DNA of 64,000 bases from a virus (lineage: Duplodnaviria > Caudoviricetes), in IMG/VR virus record IMGVR_UViG_3300044557_000104, positions 1 through 64,000 of that record, one strand, 5' to 3'. The notes below the pieces were generated by a model that was given only the letters and a program-made list of their open reading frames with translations, ran no database searches and was not told the DNA's origin. Positions within the stretch are counted from its first letter, which is position 1; every line of letters starts with the position of its first letter. Made by a program: the position numbers and the translations under genes. Of this stretch, positions 37,154 to 47,625 are shown piece after piece.

Positions 37154-40100
37154 TTGAATGGTAAACAACTAGATTCTATGATTAGAGATACCTTTAATCT
37201 GGGGTCTAACGATCCAATTACACCAAAGCAATTGAACTATGTAATGGGACTAATGGTACCTTCTAACTACTTGTTGCAGAACCATACTATTGATGGTAAG
37301 CCAGTGACTTACAACATTCCTAACCGTAATGAGAATATGGCACGAGGACATCGACCTTGGCAGGTAGATATAATTAACGATATGAGTAAAAATTTGGTTG
37401 TTATCAAAGGTCGCCAAATGGGTTTAAGTGAAGTTGGTATAAGTCAAATGATATGGTTCGCAGATACACACTCCTATGACCACGTGAATTGTCTATATGC
37501 TTTTCCTAAGTAAGATGTGGGACTTTTAGGAGCAATCCTAATTGAAAAACTCTGTTAAACGGGCATAGCCAAGATAACTACTATATAAACAATAGGCTGG
37601 TAAGAAAGACTAAATCCCAATAGTAGGGGACAGAGTTAATCACCGTAGTAAATCAGTATTGTATTCGATACTGTAAATCTCTAGAGACTAAATTTCTAGG
37701 TAGCTACTAAAATGGTAGTAGTAAGAACTAGATAAGAAAAATTTTAACAGAGGTAATCAATATGCCTAAATTTAAGACACAAGATGAATTTATAAATGAT
37801 GTTTATGCTAAATATGGTGATCAGTTTTCTGTTATTGGAAAATACGTTAGAAGTACTACTCGTGTAAGAATTAAGTGTAATGTATGTGGATATACATTTG
37901 ATGCTATGCCAAATACTTTGCTCACTAGAGGACGAGGTTACAAATGTAAGAAGTGTCTGATGAGTAATCCTAATTATGCTAATGAAGTATATAAGGAGTA
38001 TAATGGTAAATTTTCTGTTTTAAGTAGTTACAAGGGTTGTGATACACCTGTTTTATATAGATGTAATGTTCATAATAAGGAGTTTAAAATGAAACCAACT
38101 TCCTTTAGAAGATCAAATTTTAAATGTCCTGTATGTAAATATAACCACGCTACTGAAAAGCAGAGAAAAACAGACACCCAATTTAAGTCAGAGTTGAATA
38201 AAGCACATCATGGTAGAATAATTGCGCTTGATAAATATGTTAACACACATACTAAAATAAAATTCAAGTGTACTGTATGTGGAAGTGTATTTTGTACTGA
38301 GCCAAATGCTGTTTTGAGAATTAGCGGATGCCCAAAGTGTTCTTATAGTACTGGTGAAACTATTATAAAAGACTTGTTTGATGATGAAGGTATTGATTAT
38401 GAGTCACCAAAGAAGTTTCCAGATTGTGTATATAAAAGGCAATTGCATTTTGACTTTTACCTAGAAAAGTATAACCTTCTTATTGAATTTGATGGGGAAC
38501 AGCATAATAAAGCTGTTGACTTCTTTGGTGGGGAGGAATACTTAAAAGATTATAAAATACGAGATAGTATTAAAAATGAATATGCTATTAAAAATAATAT
38601 TAATTTAATGCGTATACCATATATTAGAGATAAAAATGAAGTTTGCAAAATAATAATGAACTTTATTAAATATAAATCATCAGATTACCTTGTTAATAAA
38701 TAAGTAAAGCAGAGACTCTTATACCAAAAGTTAAGAGTAAGAGATAGTCCACTCCCTAAATAAATATTGGGAAACCAAGGGTATAAAGAACATATAAGCA
38801 AATGAACACATTCTACAAGCAACGTCTAAAGCCTGAGTTTACATCAGGTGGGTATTATAGTAGTTTGGTAGATGAAAAGCATGGAATGTCTATGGATCAA
38901 ATGAACATTAGAGATTCGTCAGTAACATTCCGTACATCAAGTAAGGGAGCAAGTCTTGAAGGACTCAAGGTTGACCTTGCTTCGTTGGATTTATAATAAG
39001 TCCAGTATTGTAGTAATATAATAATATAAACACTGTTAAACGGGCATAGCCAATATAACTACTATATAAACAATAGGCTGGTAAGAAAGACTAAATCCTA
39101 GTAGTAGAGGGCAGAGTTAATCACCGTACTAAATTAGTAGAAATACTATACAGGTCTAACGACTATCGAACAGGGAGTTAATTAAATGGAATTAACAAGA
39201 CTTAGTAGAGTAAAACTCATAGTAATATGAGAGGAAAAGCAGTGAGTCCTACACCAAAAGGTAGGATTAAGAGATAGTCTAAACCCTAAATAAATATTGG
39301 GAAACCAAGGGTACTAATTGGAATATGACAGATTGAGTCCTTTAGCTGAGCAATCAGCTATTCAATCAATGGCATCATCTAAGTATCAATTACTAAGAAG
39401 ATGGTCAACGCCTACAACAAGCCACTATGGTATCCACAAATTGTTTGAACAATCAGATCAACGATTCTGGACTCATAAATGCCCACATTGTGGATATTGT
39501 CAAGTAATGGATTATGATAAAAATATTAAACTTCTTAATAAAGATGGTATTGATGTCATTGGTAAAAAAGTATACCCTGGAACCTTTCAATATGTTTGTC
39601 AGAAATGTGGTAAGCCACTAGACAGATGGTATGACGGATTTTGGGATATTACATCACCCGGTGATGGTGGTCGTGCTCATGGGTACTCACTATCACAAAT
39701 GGACTGTGTGTGGATCAGTGCTTCAAAACTTAAAGAATCTGAAATGAATGCACCAAGTAAATCATACTTCTACAACTATAGTTTAGGTCGCCCATATCAA
39801 GATGATAGTTTATCCTTTAAGAGTGCAGATGTTTATTCTCACATTGCAGACTATGATCGTCCATTTGATAGAAGCAACTACACCCTAGTATCCGCTGGAA
39901 TTGATTGGGGTTAAATCTTAGCTCCACTATAGAGTAATCTATAGGAAAATAAAACACTGTTAAACGGGCATAGCCAATATAACTACTATATAAACAATAG
40001 GCTGGTAAGAAAGACTAAATCCTAGTAGTAGAGGACAGAGTTAATCACCGTAGTAAATCAGTAGTATAATAAATACTGTAAATCTCTAGAGACTATCGAA

Positions 40101-42222
40101 CAGGGAGTTAATTAAATGGAATTAACAAGACTTAGTAGAGTAAAACTCATAGTAATATGAGAGGAAAAGCAGTGAGTCCTACACCAAAAGGTAGGATTAA
40201 GAGATAGTCCAAGCCCTAAACAAATATTGGGAAACCAAGGGTATAAACTGGAGCACAATCATACCCTTACCATAATGGGAATGACTGATTCTGGTAGAAT
40301 TGATTTTATGCACCTCAAGGAAATTCCAAGAGCATTAGGTGCTGAGCATATTGAGGAAGACTTAGATATGGTTGTTAGAACCCTTAACCAGTTTGCACCA
40401 GATATCATAATTGCCGATAGAGGATTAAATTAAGTCCCGTACAGAAGTAATTCTGTATGTAAAACCATGTTAAACGGGCATAGAAAAATAGCTACTATAA
40501 AAAACAATATTCTGGTAAGAAAGACTAAATCCTAATAGTAGAGGAAAGAGTTAACCTACCGTGCTAAATCAGTATTATAATTAATATTGTAAAAGCCTAG
40601 AGACTAAATTTTTGGATAGCTATACAAACAGGTGTAGTGAAAACCAAATAAAAGCATACCTTTCTATATTATAAGTATATGGAAATTATATTTATAAACT
40701 TGGAAGGTGAATTGCATTACTAGAAGACGAACGAATGAAGAATTTATTGCTGAGGTTAAAGAACTTGTAAATGACGAGTACACCTTTCTAGACGAATATG
40801 ATGGTGTTTTAACTAAAATTAGAATTAAACATAATAAGTGTGGTCATGTGTACCTTACAACACCTAATTCATTTATTAATGGTGGTTCAAGGTGTAATAT
40901 ATGTAAGTCAAAAGAAGCAGGTATAAAGAAAACAAAGGATACAGAATGGTTGAAGCAAGAAGTATATAAAATAGCAGGTGACGATTATTCTGTTATCGGT
41001 GAATACCATATGGCCAAATATAAAGTAAAGCTAAAACACAATGTCTGCGGAAATACTTTTGACATGACAATAGGACATTTTAGGAGTGGTGAACGATGTC
41101 CAAGGTGTAGCTATAAGAAGCGTGCTAAGCAAAGAATGAAGACCCAAGATGAATTTAAAAGAGATGTATTAGATACATTAGGCCCTAAATATACAGTTAT
41201 AGGAGAGTATAAAGGGGATTCCATCCCTGTAGAAATAAAGCATTCATCCTGTGGAAAATCATATTTTGCCATTCCCTCCGCAGTTAAGCAGAGGTCAAAC
41301 ACATGTCCTTATTGTAGGCCATATCATGGGGAAGAATTTATAATGAATTGGTTAGACCACAATAGCATTGACTACGAAGTTCAAAAGAAGTTTTCTGATC
41401 TACGTGATTCTAAACCCCTAAGCTATGATTTCTTTATTCCAAAGGATAAGATACTGATCGAATATCAAGGGGTACAACATTTTAGACCAACTACGCATTT
41501 TGGCGGAGTACCCAGATTTAAAGTTCAGAAAAGACATGATGATATAAAGAGAGAATATGCAGTAACTAATGGGTACACCCTAATAGAAATTCCCTATACT
41601 TATAAGTCATATGAATCAATAGCAACGTTTTTAAGTAATGCAATAAATGTGTAAAGCATGGATACCATACCTAAAATTATGGTATAAGATATAGTCCAAA
41701 CCCTTAATAAATACTAGGAAACTAGGGGTATAAATTGTTAATGGTAATTATGTGGACAAACTCATTAAGTACTATGGTGAAGGAAGAGTATATGGTTGCA
41801 TTGTTAGATCGGCTAAGACTAATAATGATCCAATAGCTCACTTCACTAATACTGATGTCACCATAGATAAGTTGACACAAAACCTAATTATGTTGTCAAA
41901 CCTCAAACGTGGAGAGATTCATTTCTGGAGAGGGTCAGAACGGGATAAAGATATTAGAACATTAATTGCTCATTGGAGTAATGTTGTATTTCGTACTGAT
42001 GAAAAAGAAGATCCAGATACTCACGAGATTGGAACGCAACAGGTTATTCTAAGAAAAGGGCCAGATCATGCAGCTCAGAGCCAATGTTATGCAAATGTTG
42101 GTCTTAATAAGTTAATGCACGACTATGCAGAACGTAATAGTAATAAGACTGAGGTTTCATTATTGAGTACTGATCTAATTGCACCAGAAAAGACCTCTAT
42201 TCAACGTGAATATGATCTATAA
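37154..42222 (+). CDS. terL: terminase large subunit, 5 exons (37154-37507, 38790-38990, 39321-39911, 40251-40425, 41738-42222; 601 aa spliced)
   Basis: RPWQ, KGRQMGLSE, YAFP|TYKQM, SLD|EYD (Walker B), WSTPT, IDWG|EHNH, ADRG F NGNY, GPDH; exon lengths sum to 1806 nt. Confidence 0.92.
37508..38789 (+). mobile_element. group I intron 1 of terL with homing endonuclease ORF
   Basis: P1 U-G wobble (TCCT/GGGA), core GAGACTA / GATAGTCC (P7), shared 5' core and 3' tail with introns 2-4. Confidence 0.9.
37762..38703 (+). CDS. intron-encoded homing endonuclease (Zn-ribbon repeats + Vsr-like/PD-(D/E)xK domain)
   Basis: Repeated C..CG...CP.C units; FDFYL...LIEFDGEQH...K..YA..NNI.L.RIPY. Confidence 0.85.
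   Translation: MPKFKTQDEFINDVYAKYGDQFSVIGKYVRSTTRVRIKCNVCGYTFDAMPNTLLTRGRGYKCKKCLMSNPNYANEVYKEYNGKFSVLSSYKGCDTPVLYRCNVHNKEFKMKPTSFRRSNFKCPVCKYNHATEKQRKTDTQFKSELNKAHHGRIIALDKYVNTHTKIKFKCTVCGSVFCTEPNAVLRISGCPKCSYSTGETIIKDLFDDEGIDYESPKKFPDCVYKRQLHFDFYLEKYNLLIEFDGEQHNKAVDFFGGEEYLKDYKIRDSIKNEYAIKNNINLMRIPYIRDKNEVCKIIMNFIKYKSSDYLVNK
38991..39320 (+). mobile_element. group I intron 2 of terL (ORF-less, 330 nt)
   Basis: P1 TGGAT/GTCCA; ends in G; splicing joins Walker B D|E. Confidence 0.92.
39912..40250 (+). mobile_element. group I intron 3 of terL (ORF-less, 339 nt)
   Basis: P1 TGGGGT/GCTCCA; ends in G; near-identical to intron 2. Confidence 0.92.
40426..41737 (+). mobile_element. group I intron 4 of terL with homing endonuclease ORF
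   Basis: IGS ATTAAGTCC pairs with ligated GGAT|TTAAT; ends in G; internal late-promoter motif at 40664. Confidence 0.92.
40707..41654 (+). CDS. intron-encoded homing endonuclease (same family as 37762)
   Basis: H..CG...CP.C repeats; YDFFIP...IEYQGVQH...KREYA. Confidence 0.85.
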   Translation: MNCITRRRTNEEFIAEVKELVNDEYTFLDEYDGVLTKIRIKHNKCGHVYLTTPNSFINGGSRCNICKSKEAGIKKTKDTEWLKQEVYKIAGDDYSVIGEYHMAKYKVKLKHNVCGNTFDMTIGHFRSGERCPRCSYKKRAKQRMKTQDEFKRDVLDTLGPKYTVIGEYKGDSIPVEIKHSSCGKSYFAIPSAVKQRSNTCPYCRPYHGEEFIMNWLDHNSIDYEVQKKFSDLRDSKPLSYDFFIPKDKILIEYQGVQHFRPTTHFGGVPRFKVQKRHDDIKREYAVTNGYTLIEIPYTYKSYESIATFLSNAINV

Positions 42223-42226
42223 ATTA

Positions 42227-42259
42227 AAGGTTCAGCTATTAAACATAGCTGGACTTTTT
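42227..42259 (+). terminator. intrinsic terminator after terL
   Basis: ggttcagcta/tagctggact stem plus T tract. Confidence 0.7.
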
Positions 42260-42351
42260 GTGTATCCAACATAAATTACTATATTAATATTGAGATGCAG
42301 TATAATTAAATTAATGGAAGGATTCAAAGAGAGAAGGTGGCGTACTAAACT

Positions 42352-43854
42352 ATGGGGATCCTAGATAAGGTATTCGGACGTGATAATGATGAGTACCTAG
42401 ATATGGATGAAATAACGAAGTCATTCAGATCAGGTAAATCCGATCAAAGAATAGATACAGACTATTATGATATTCCAATGGCTAATAATGGTAAGTCATC
42501 AGATAAGTCTGATGATAAACAATCTTCATTAAGTCAGGATTATTTTATAAGACATAAAAAAGACCTAAGAATGTATGCTAATGATTTATTAGTACAAGCA
42601 ATCATTCGGACACGTACTAATCAAGTACTTAGATATGCAATGCCAGCAGATTGGACAGAAGATGGTGTTGGCTTCAAAATTGTTCCTAAAGACCCAAGTA
42701 AGTTTGATAAGGATAATCCTAAATATCAAGCTAAGATTAAACAGATTGAAAAGTTTATCTATTATACGGGTAAGGATCATTTAGACTGGCGTGATGATTT
42801 TCCAACATTTTTAACTAAGATTTTATATGACTTTTATGTATATGATCAAGTTAATTTTGAACGGGTGTATGAGTCAGCACGATCAAACCAACTAAATCAC
42901 TTTAATGCGGTTGATGCTGGAACAATCTTAATTGATAAGTATCCAAAGTCAATAGACAAAAAGAAAACTTATGTCCAATATATTGAAGATAAACCAGCAC
43001 ATGAGTTTACAGAACGTGAAATGGTATTCCAAACTTATTGGGCTAGATCAAATATGGAATCAAAGGGATATGGTTTCTCACCTGTAGAAGCAGCAATCCC
43101 ACAAATTGGTTATCATATTAATACAGAACAATTTAATGCCCGTATTTTTAGCCAAGGTGGATTAACTCGTGGTGTACTTTTAGTTGATAATGGTGAAAAT
43201 GGAATGACTTCCAAAGCATCATTAGATTCTATCAGACGGGGGTTAACATCAGCTCAGGGTAACAATGGGGCATGGAAAATTCCAATAATTGCTGCTAAAG
43301 ATGCCAAGTATGTTAATATGACACAGAGTAGTAAAGACATGGAATTTGTTAATTTTCTTAATTATTTAACTAATATCATTACGGCAAACTTTAACATTCA
43401 ACCAGACGAGATTAACTTCCCTAACAAGGGTGGTGCAACCTCTAAGGGTGGTGGTACAACTCTTAATGAGGGTAATACTACCAAAACTAAGATGCATGAA
43501 TCTAAAGCTACGGGGTTAACACCAGTACTACGATTCATTGAACGTCTGATGAATGACCGTGTACTTAATTTATATGATGATGACTTCCGGTTTGTATTTA
43601 CCTCTGGTGATCCACTTTCACCAACGGATAAAGCCAAAAAGATTCAGGAGGAAGAAATTGCTGGTAAGACTTTGAATGAGGGTCGTAAAGAAATGGGACT
43701 TGATCCTATTGAAGGTGGAGATACACCGGGGACTGCTAAAGAATTTATCCAGATGCAGAATGTGCTTAATAAGGATGATTCAGAAGCTCAACAGAGTATG
43801 CAACACTCAAACGACTATAAAAAAGATGATAACAACAAAGGTGTATCAAATTAA
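42352..43854 (+). CDS. portal protein
   Basis: AIIRTR.NQV, YDQVNFE, GYG.SPVE, FSQGG.TRG, DMEF..LNYL, PDEINFPN typical of Twort-like portals. Confidence 0.93.
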   Translation: MGILDKVFGRDNDEYLDMDEITKSFRSGKSDQRIDTDYYDIPMANNGKSSDKSDDKQSSLSQDYFIRHKKDLRMYANDLLVQAIIRTRTNQVLRYAMPADWTEDGVGFKIVPKDPSKFDKDNPKYQAKIKQIEKFIYYTGKDHLDWRDDFPTFLTKILYDFYVYDQVNFERVYESARSNQLNHFNAVDAGTILIDKYPKSIDKKKTYVQYIEDKPAHEFTEREMVFQTYWARSNMESKGYGFSPVEAAIPQIGYHINTEQFNARIFSQGGLTRGVLLVDNGENGMTSKASLDSIRRGLTSAQGNNGAWKIPIIAAKDAKYVNMTQSSKDMEFVNFLNYLTNIITANFNIQPDEINFPNKGGATSKGGGTTLNEGNTTKTKMHESKATGLTPVLRFIERLMNDRVLNLYDDDFRFVFTSGDPLSPTDKAKKIQEEEIAGKTLNEGRKEMGLDPIEGGDTPGTAKEFIQMQNVLNKDDSEAQQSMQHSNDYKKDDNNKGVSN

Positions 43855-43871
43855 CACCAATCGTTCAAGTT

Positions 43872-43899
43872 GATTACTATATTATAAATAGAGACAAAT
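43872..43899 (+). promoter_or_regulatory. late promoter motif (CTATATTA), 28-bp copy identical to 46008-46035
   Basis: GATTACTATATTATAAATAGAGACAAAT before the protease and capsid genes; core also near 34205, 37107, 40664, 42279, 50194, 54540, 62354. Confidence 0.75.
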
Positions 43900-43924
43900 C
43901 ATGGTACAAAGCAGGTGATATTTA

Positions 43925-44752
43925 TTGAATAAGAGCTTTGATGTCTTTTTACCTATTGACAAAGTAAGTAAGTCAAAGGACTCTGAGACATCTAACATAA
44001 CCGTCTCTGGATGGGCTAGTACCCCAGATCAAGACCTACAAGGTGAAACAATTGATTCTCATGGTATTAACGCAGACTACTTGATCAGTGATGGTTGGGT
44101 TGATTACGAACATGATCGTGATATTGTAATTGGTTTTCCAACAGAAAATAGCTTTGTTGATAGTAATAAAGGATTATTCCTAGAAGCTGAGTTATTCGGT
44201 AATGATCCACATGTTCAGGAGATTATTAAGCTATATAACAACATTAAAGAAGCAGGTGCTAATCGTAACCTTGGTTTTTCCATTGAGGGGAAAGTTGAGG
44301 AACGTGATGGTGCAGATGAAAGTATTATCCGTAAAGTAAACATTACTGGTGTTGCTGTTACTAAGAATCCAGCTAATACAGAAGCCACTTGGGAAGTCTT
44401 ACAAAAGTCAATTTTAAATGATAAGGCTTTAGAAGCTGGTTATAGTATTTCACCAAGTACCCAAACTGATGGCGCTGCATTCCGTACAGAATCATTATCC
44501 ACTTCTTTAATCAGTATAGCTCGTAATCTAGATGGTTTAGATGATACAGGATTACAAAATATAGGTAGCACAGTAGCTCAGATCTTAGATGATCGTGGGA
44601 TTACAGATGAAACTACACTTGCAACCTTCTTACAGATCTTCTCAGGGTTGTCTAAGCAGGAAGCACTAACAATAGTTAACACAAAAGATTTAACTGATTC
44701 AACGTTATCAAAATTACTTGGTAGCGGTGATGATGCAACAGATGATGATTAG
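43925..44752 (+). CDS. prohead protease
   Basis: GWASTPD.DLQGE, YEH, LGFSIEG, VAVT.NPAN.EATW. Confidence 0.92.
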   Translation: MNKSFDVFLPIDKVSKSKDSETSNITVSGWASTPDQDLQGETIDSHGINADYLISDGWVDYEHDRDIVIGFPTENSFVDSNKGLFLEAELFGNDPHVQEIIKLYNNIKEAGANRNLGFSIEGKVEERDGADESIIRKVNITGVAVTKNPANTEATWEVLQKSILNDKALEAGYSISPSTQTDGAAFRTESLSTSLISIARNLDGLDDTGLQNIGSTVAQILDDRGITDETTLATFLQIFSGLSKQEALTIVNTKDLTDSTLSKLLGSGDDATDDD

Positions 44753-44771
44753 AAAGTGAGGTTAACAGATT

Positions 44772-45992
44772 TTGAGTAAAAGTATCTCAGATATCTACAA
44801 TAAACTTAATGATGTCCAAAAGAGTTTAGAAACTCAAGAGGAACCAGAAGTTAAGGAAGTAGAAAAATCTGTTGAAGTTGAAGATGAATCTGCAAATGGC
44901 AAAGCCCCTAAAAAGGCTGAAAAGTCAGTAGAAGCAGAAAAGTCAGATAAAGATGCAGGAATGTGTGATGACACTAAAAAGTGTGACGTTGAAGAATCAA
45001 AGGACAAAGCAAGTAAATCTGCTGAGGATGGTGATCCAGACGAAGGGGCTGAAAAGTCTCAATCTAATAAAGTAGAAAAAGATGATGAAGATGGTGACAT
45101 TGAGGAATCAGCTAAATCTACTAAGGATGTGGAGGATGACAAGCAAGACCAAGCTGAAAAGTCAATTGATGAACCAGAAGATAAATCGTTGTATTTAGAT
45201 GCTGTCAACAAGTCATTAGACATTATTAACTCATTAGTTGAAAAATCAGTTAATGTTAAACCAATGGCAGTTGCTAAATCAATTGCACCAGCAAAGGAAA
45301 GCGTTGTTAAGTCAGTTATTGATGATTATAACGACAATGTTGTTTGTGCTAAATTAGGTGCAGCATTATATGCCCTTGAAGACGCTTTCTGTGATGCTCG
45401 TTGGGACAACAATGGTGATGATAGCAAGTACTTAGATGATGTTCGTACTGCACTAGCAGAATTTACTAAGATTATGGATAATATTGAAGCTGATACTGAT
45501 GACCAAGTTGCTAAGTCAGTTAAAGAAGACAAGGAAGATGAAGCTGAAAAATCAGTAGAAGCTCCTAAAGATGATGAAGCACAAAAGTCTGCTAAAGAAT
45601 CAACTGAAAAAGATGATGATGAAGAAGACGAAGATGTAGAAGAATCAAAGAAGTCAGATGACAAAAAAGATGATGAAGCTAAGAAATCTGTAGAAGAAGC
45701 AGATGATAAAGCTGAAAAATCAATTGAAAAGTCCGAAGATGAAGTAGAAAAGTCATTACCAGAATCTAAAGCTGTTTCTTATGATGAAGGTGAAGAACCA
45801 GAAGAAGAATCAACTGGTGTTTCTAAGTCAGCATTGCAAGATGTTATTGCAGATTCAATTAACGACTTGGAAAAATCACAATTATCTATTAATCAAAACC
45901 GCGTTAACAAGCTCCGTGAACTTGCCAAATCAGTTGGTACTGGTGAAGATGATGTTGAAAAGAGCTTTATTGAACAATATAACGAAATTTAG
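44772..45992 (+). CDS. acidic scaffold/inner-head protein with about 26 KS motifs
   Basis: Between protease and capsid genes; low-complexity D/E/K with repeated (E/A)KS. Confidence 0.75.
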   Translation: MSKSISDIYNKLNDVQKSLETQEEPEVKEVEKSVEVEDESANGKAPKKAEKSVEAEKSDKDAGMCDDTKKCDVEESKDKASKSAEDGDPDEGAEKSQSNKVEKDDEDGDIEESAKSTKDVEDDKQDQAEKSIDEPEDKSLYLDAVNKSLDIINSLVEKSVNVKPMAVAKSIAPAKESVVKSVIDDYNDNVVCAKLGAALYALEDAFCDARWDNNGDDSKYLDDVRTALAEFTKIMDNIEADTDDQVAKSVKEDKEDEAEKSVEAPKDDEAQKSAKESTEKDDDEEDEDVEESKKSDDKKDDEAKKSVEEADDKAEKSIEKSEDEVEKSLPESKAVSYDEGEEPEEESTGVSKSALQDVIADSINDLEKSQLSINQNRVNKLRELAKSVGTGEDDVEKSFIEQYNEI

Positions 45993-46055
45993 CTAATAGA
46001 CTAAACAGATTACTATATTATAAATAGAGACAAATTAGAAGGGAAGAATAGAAAT

Positions 46056-47552
46056 TTGACTGAATTAAAGACTAAAGAAGCTCGCAAGAGTTACTTTGAA
46101 CTAAATAAATCAATCACAGAAAATAAACAAGTTTCTGATACGATTGCTAAAGCGTTCACCGCTGGTACTGGTATTACACCAGAAACACAACCAGATGGTG
46201 CTGCATATCGTTTGGAATCATTAGACCATAACTTAAATATCGCAACATGGGGTGACATTGATTACACCATTTATAAGGATATCTTCCGTCAACCAGTTAA
46301 GCAAACTGTTCAAAAGTATACAGTTTACTACTCACATGGTCGTAGCGGACATCAAATGTTCCAAAATGAAATTGCTAAGCTCCAAAGTAATGAACCACAT
46401 GCAAAACAACAGACCGTAAATATCAAGTTCCTTGTTGATACTAAGGGTGCAAGTTTTGCCATGAACATGGTTGATACTACGGTTGATACCACGACATTAC
46501 TTGAAATTTCAGGTGTTAACAACTTAGCTAAGGCTATTGAATATGGTATCTTCTATGGTGATTCAGACTTAGCAGCCCAAAAGGGTGAAGGTCTTGAATT
46601 TGATGGTTTGAGTAAGTTAATCTACGAACACAACCACTTAGATGCTAAGGGTACTTCACTTACACCAGCATTGCTTAACAAAGCAGCAACGCAAATTGGT
46701 CATGTAGGATTCGGTGTTGCAACAGATGCTTACATGCCTATTGGTGTTAAAGCAGACTTCATTAACCAACACTTATCAGCACAACGTATCTTAATGCCAA
46801 ACGCAGCAGGACACGGTATGCAAGTTGGCTTTGATGTAGCTCGCTTCATCTCAGCTCGTGGTGACATCAATCTGCATGGTTCAACGATCATGGACTTGGA
46901 TAATGTCCTTGACACAGATACTGTACTGGATGTTAATGCTCCTAAAGCACCAGAATTGGTTGCTAAAGCAGAAACAGGCAAGGGTGGTAACTTCTTAGCA
47001 GAGGATCGTACATTCACTGATAAGGATGGTGTAGATCATGTATTGCTCAACAAAGAAGTTGGTACAGAACTTGAATATCGTGCAGTTGCAGTTGGATCAT
47101 CTGATTCACTTCCTACAGACGTTGTTAAAGCTACGCCAGCAAATGCTACTGATGGTGTTAAGCTGACAATTACGCTTAACCGTTTGGCATCTGTGCTTCC
47201 GGACTACGTAGCAATCTACCGTAAGTCACAAGTTCCGGGTGATGATCAATTCTTCTTAATTGACCGTATCCCTTACAGTGAATTTGATGGTGCTACACAA
47301 TCATATGATTATGAAGACCTTGGTGCTACTATTCCGGGTACTGCTGATGTGTTTGTTGGTGAATTGAAGCCAGAAACTATCCGCTTGCTTGAATTAGCTC
47401 CAATCATGAAGTTCCCACTGGCAATCCAAACGACTGCTACGAACTTCGCAATGCTCTGGTATGGTGCTATGCAACTTACCTTCCCTAAGCGTTGGGTACA
47501 AATTCATAACGTGTTGTACAACTCACAGTTTGATGATACACGCTTTGCCTAG
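46056..47552 (+). CDS. major capsid protein
   Basis: KAFTAG.GITP.TQ.DGAA.R.E.LD, IEYG.FYGD, GLEFDGL.KLI, G.ATDAYMP.GV. Confidence 0.96.
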   Translation: MTELKTKEARKSYFELNKSITENKQVSDTIAKAFTAGTGITPETQPDGAAYRLESLDHNLNIATWGDIDYTIYKDIFRQPVKQTVQKYTVYYSHGRSGHQMFQNEIAKLQSNEPHAKQQTVNIKFLVDTKGASFAMNMVDTTVDTTTLLEISGVNNLAKAIEYGIFYGDSDLAAQKGEGLEFDGLSKLIYEHNHLDAKGTSLTPALLNKAATQIGHVGFGVATDAYMPIGVKADFINQHLSAQRILMPNAAGHGMQVGFDVARFISARGDINLHGSTIMDLDNVLDTDTVLDVNAPKAPELVAKAETGKGGNFLAEDRTFTDKDGVDHVLLNKEVGTELEYRAVAVGSSDSLPTDVVKATPANATDGVKLTITLNRLASVLPDYVAIYRKSQVPGDDQFFLIDRIPYSEFDGATQSYDYEDLGATIPGTADVFVGELKPETIRLLELAPIMKFPLAIQTTATNFAMLWYGAMQLTFPKRWVQIHNVLYNSQFDDTRFA

Positions 47553-47567
47553 TCATAAAGGCTAATT

Positions 47568-47604
47568 AAAGAGTTAAGACTTTTAATGGTCTTAGCTCTT
47601 TTTT
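47568..47604 (+). terminator. intrinsic terminator after capsid gene
   Basis: agagttaagac/gtcttagctct stem plus T tract. Confidence 0.75.
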
Positions 47605-47625
47605 AATAGAGAAAGGAGATAAAGA

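Noticed and set aside
39318-40433. ORF-track entries 38802, 39318, 40227 and 41752 as separate genes
   Set aside because: They are terL exons whose called starts and stops fall in intron sequence or at internal codons
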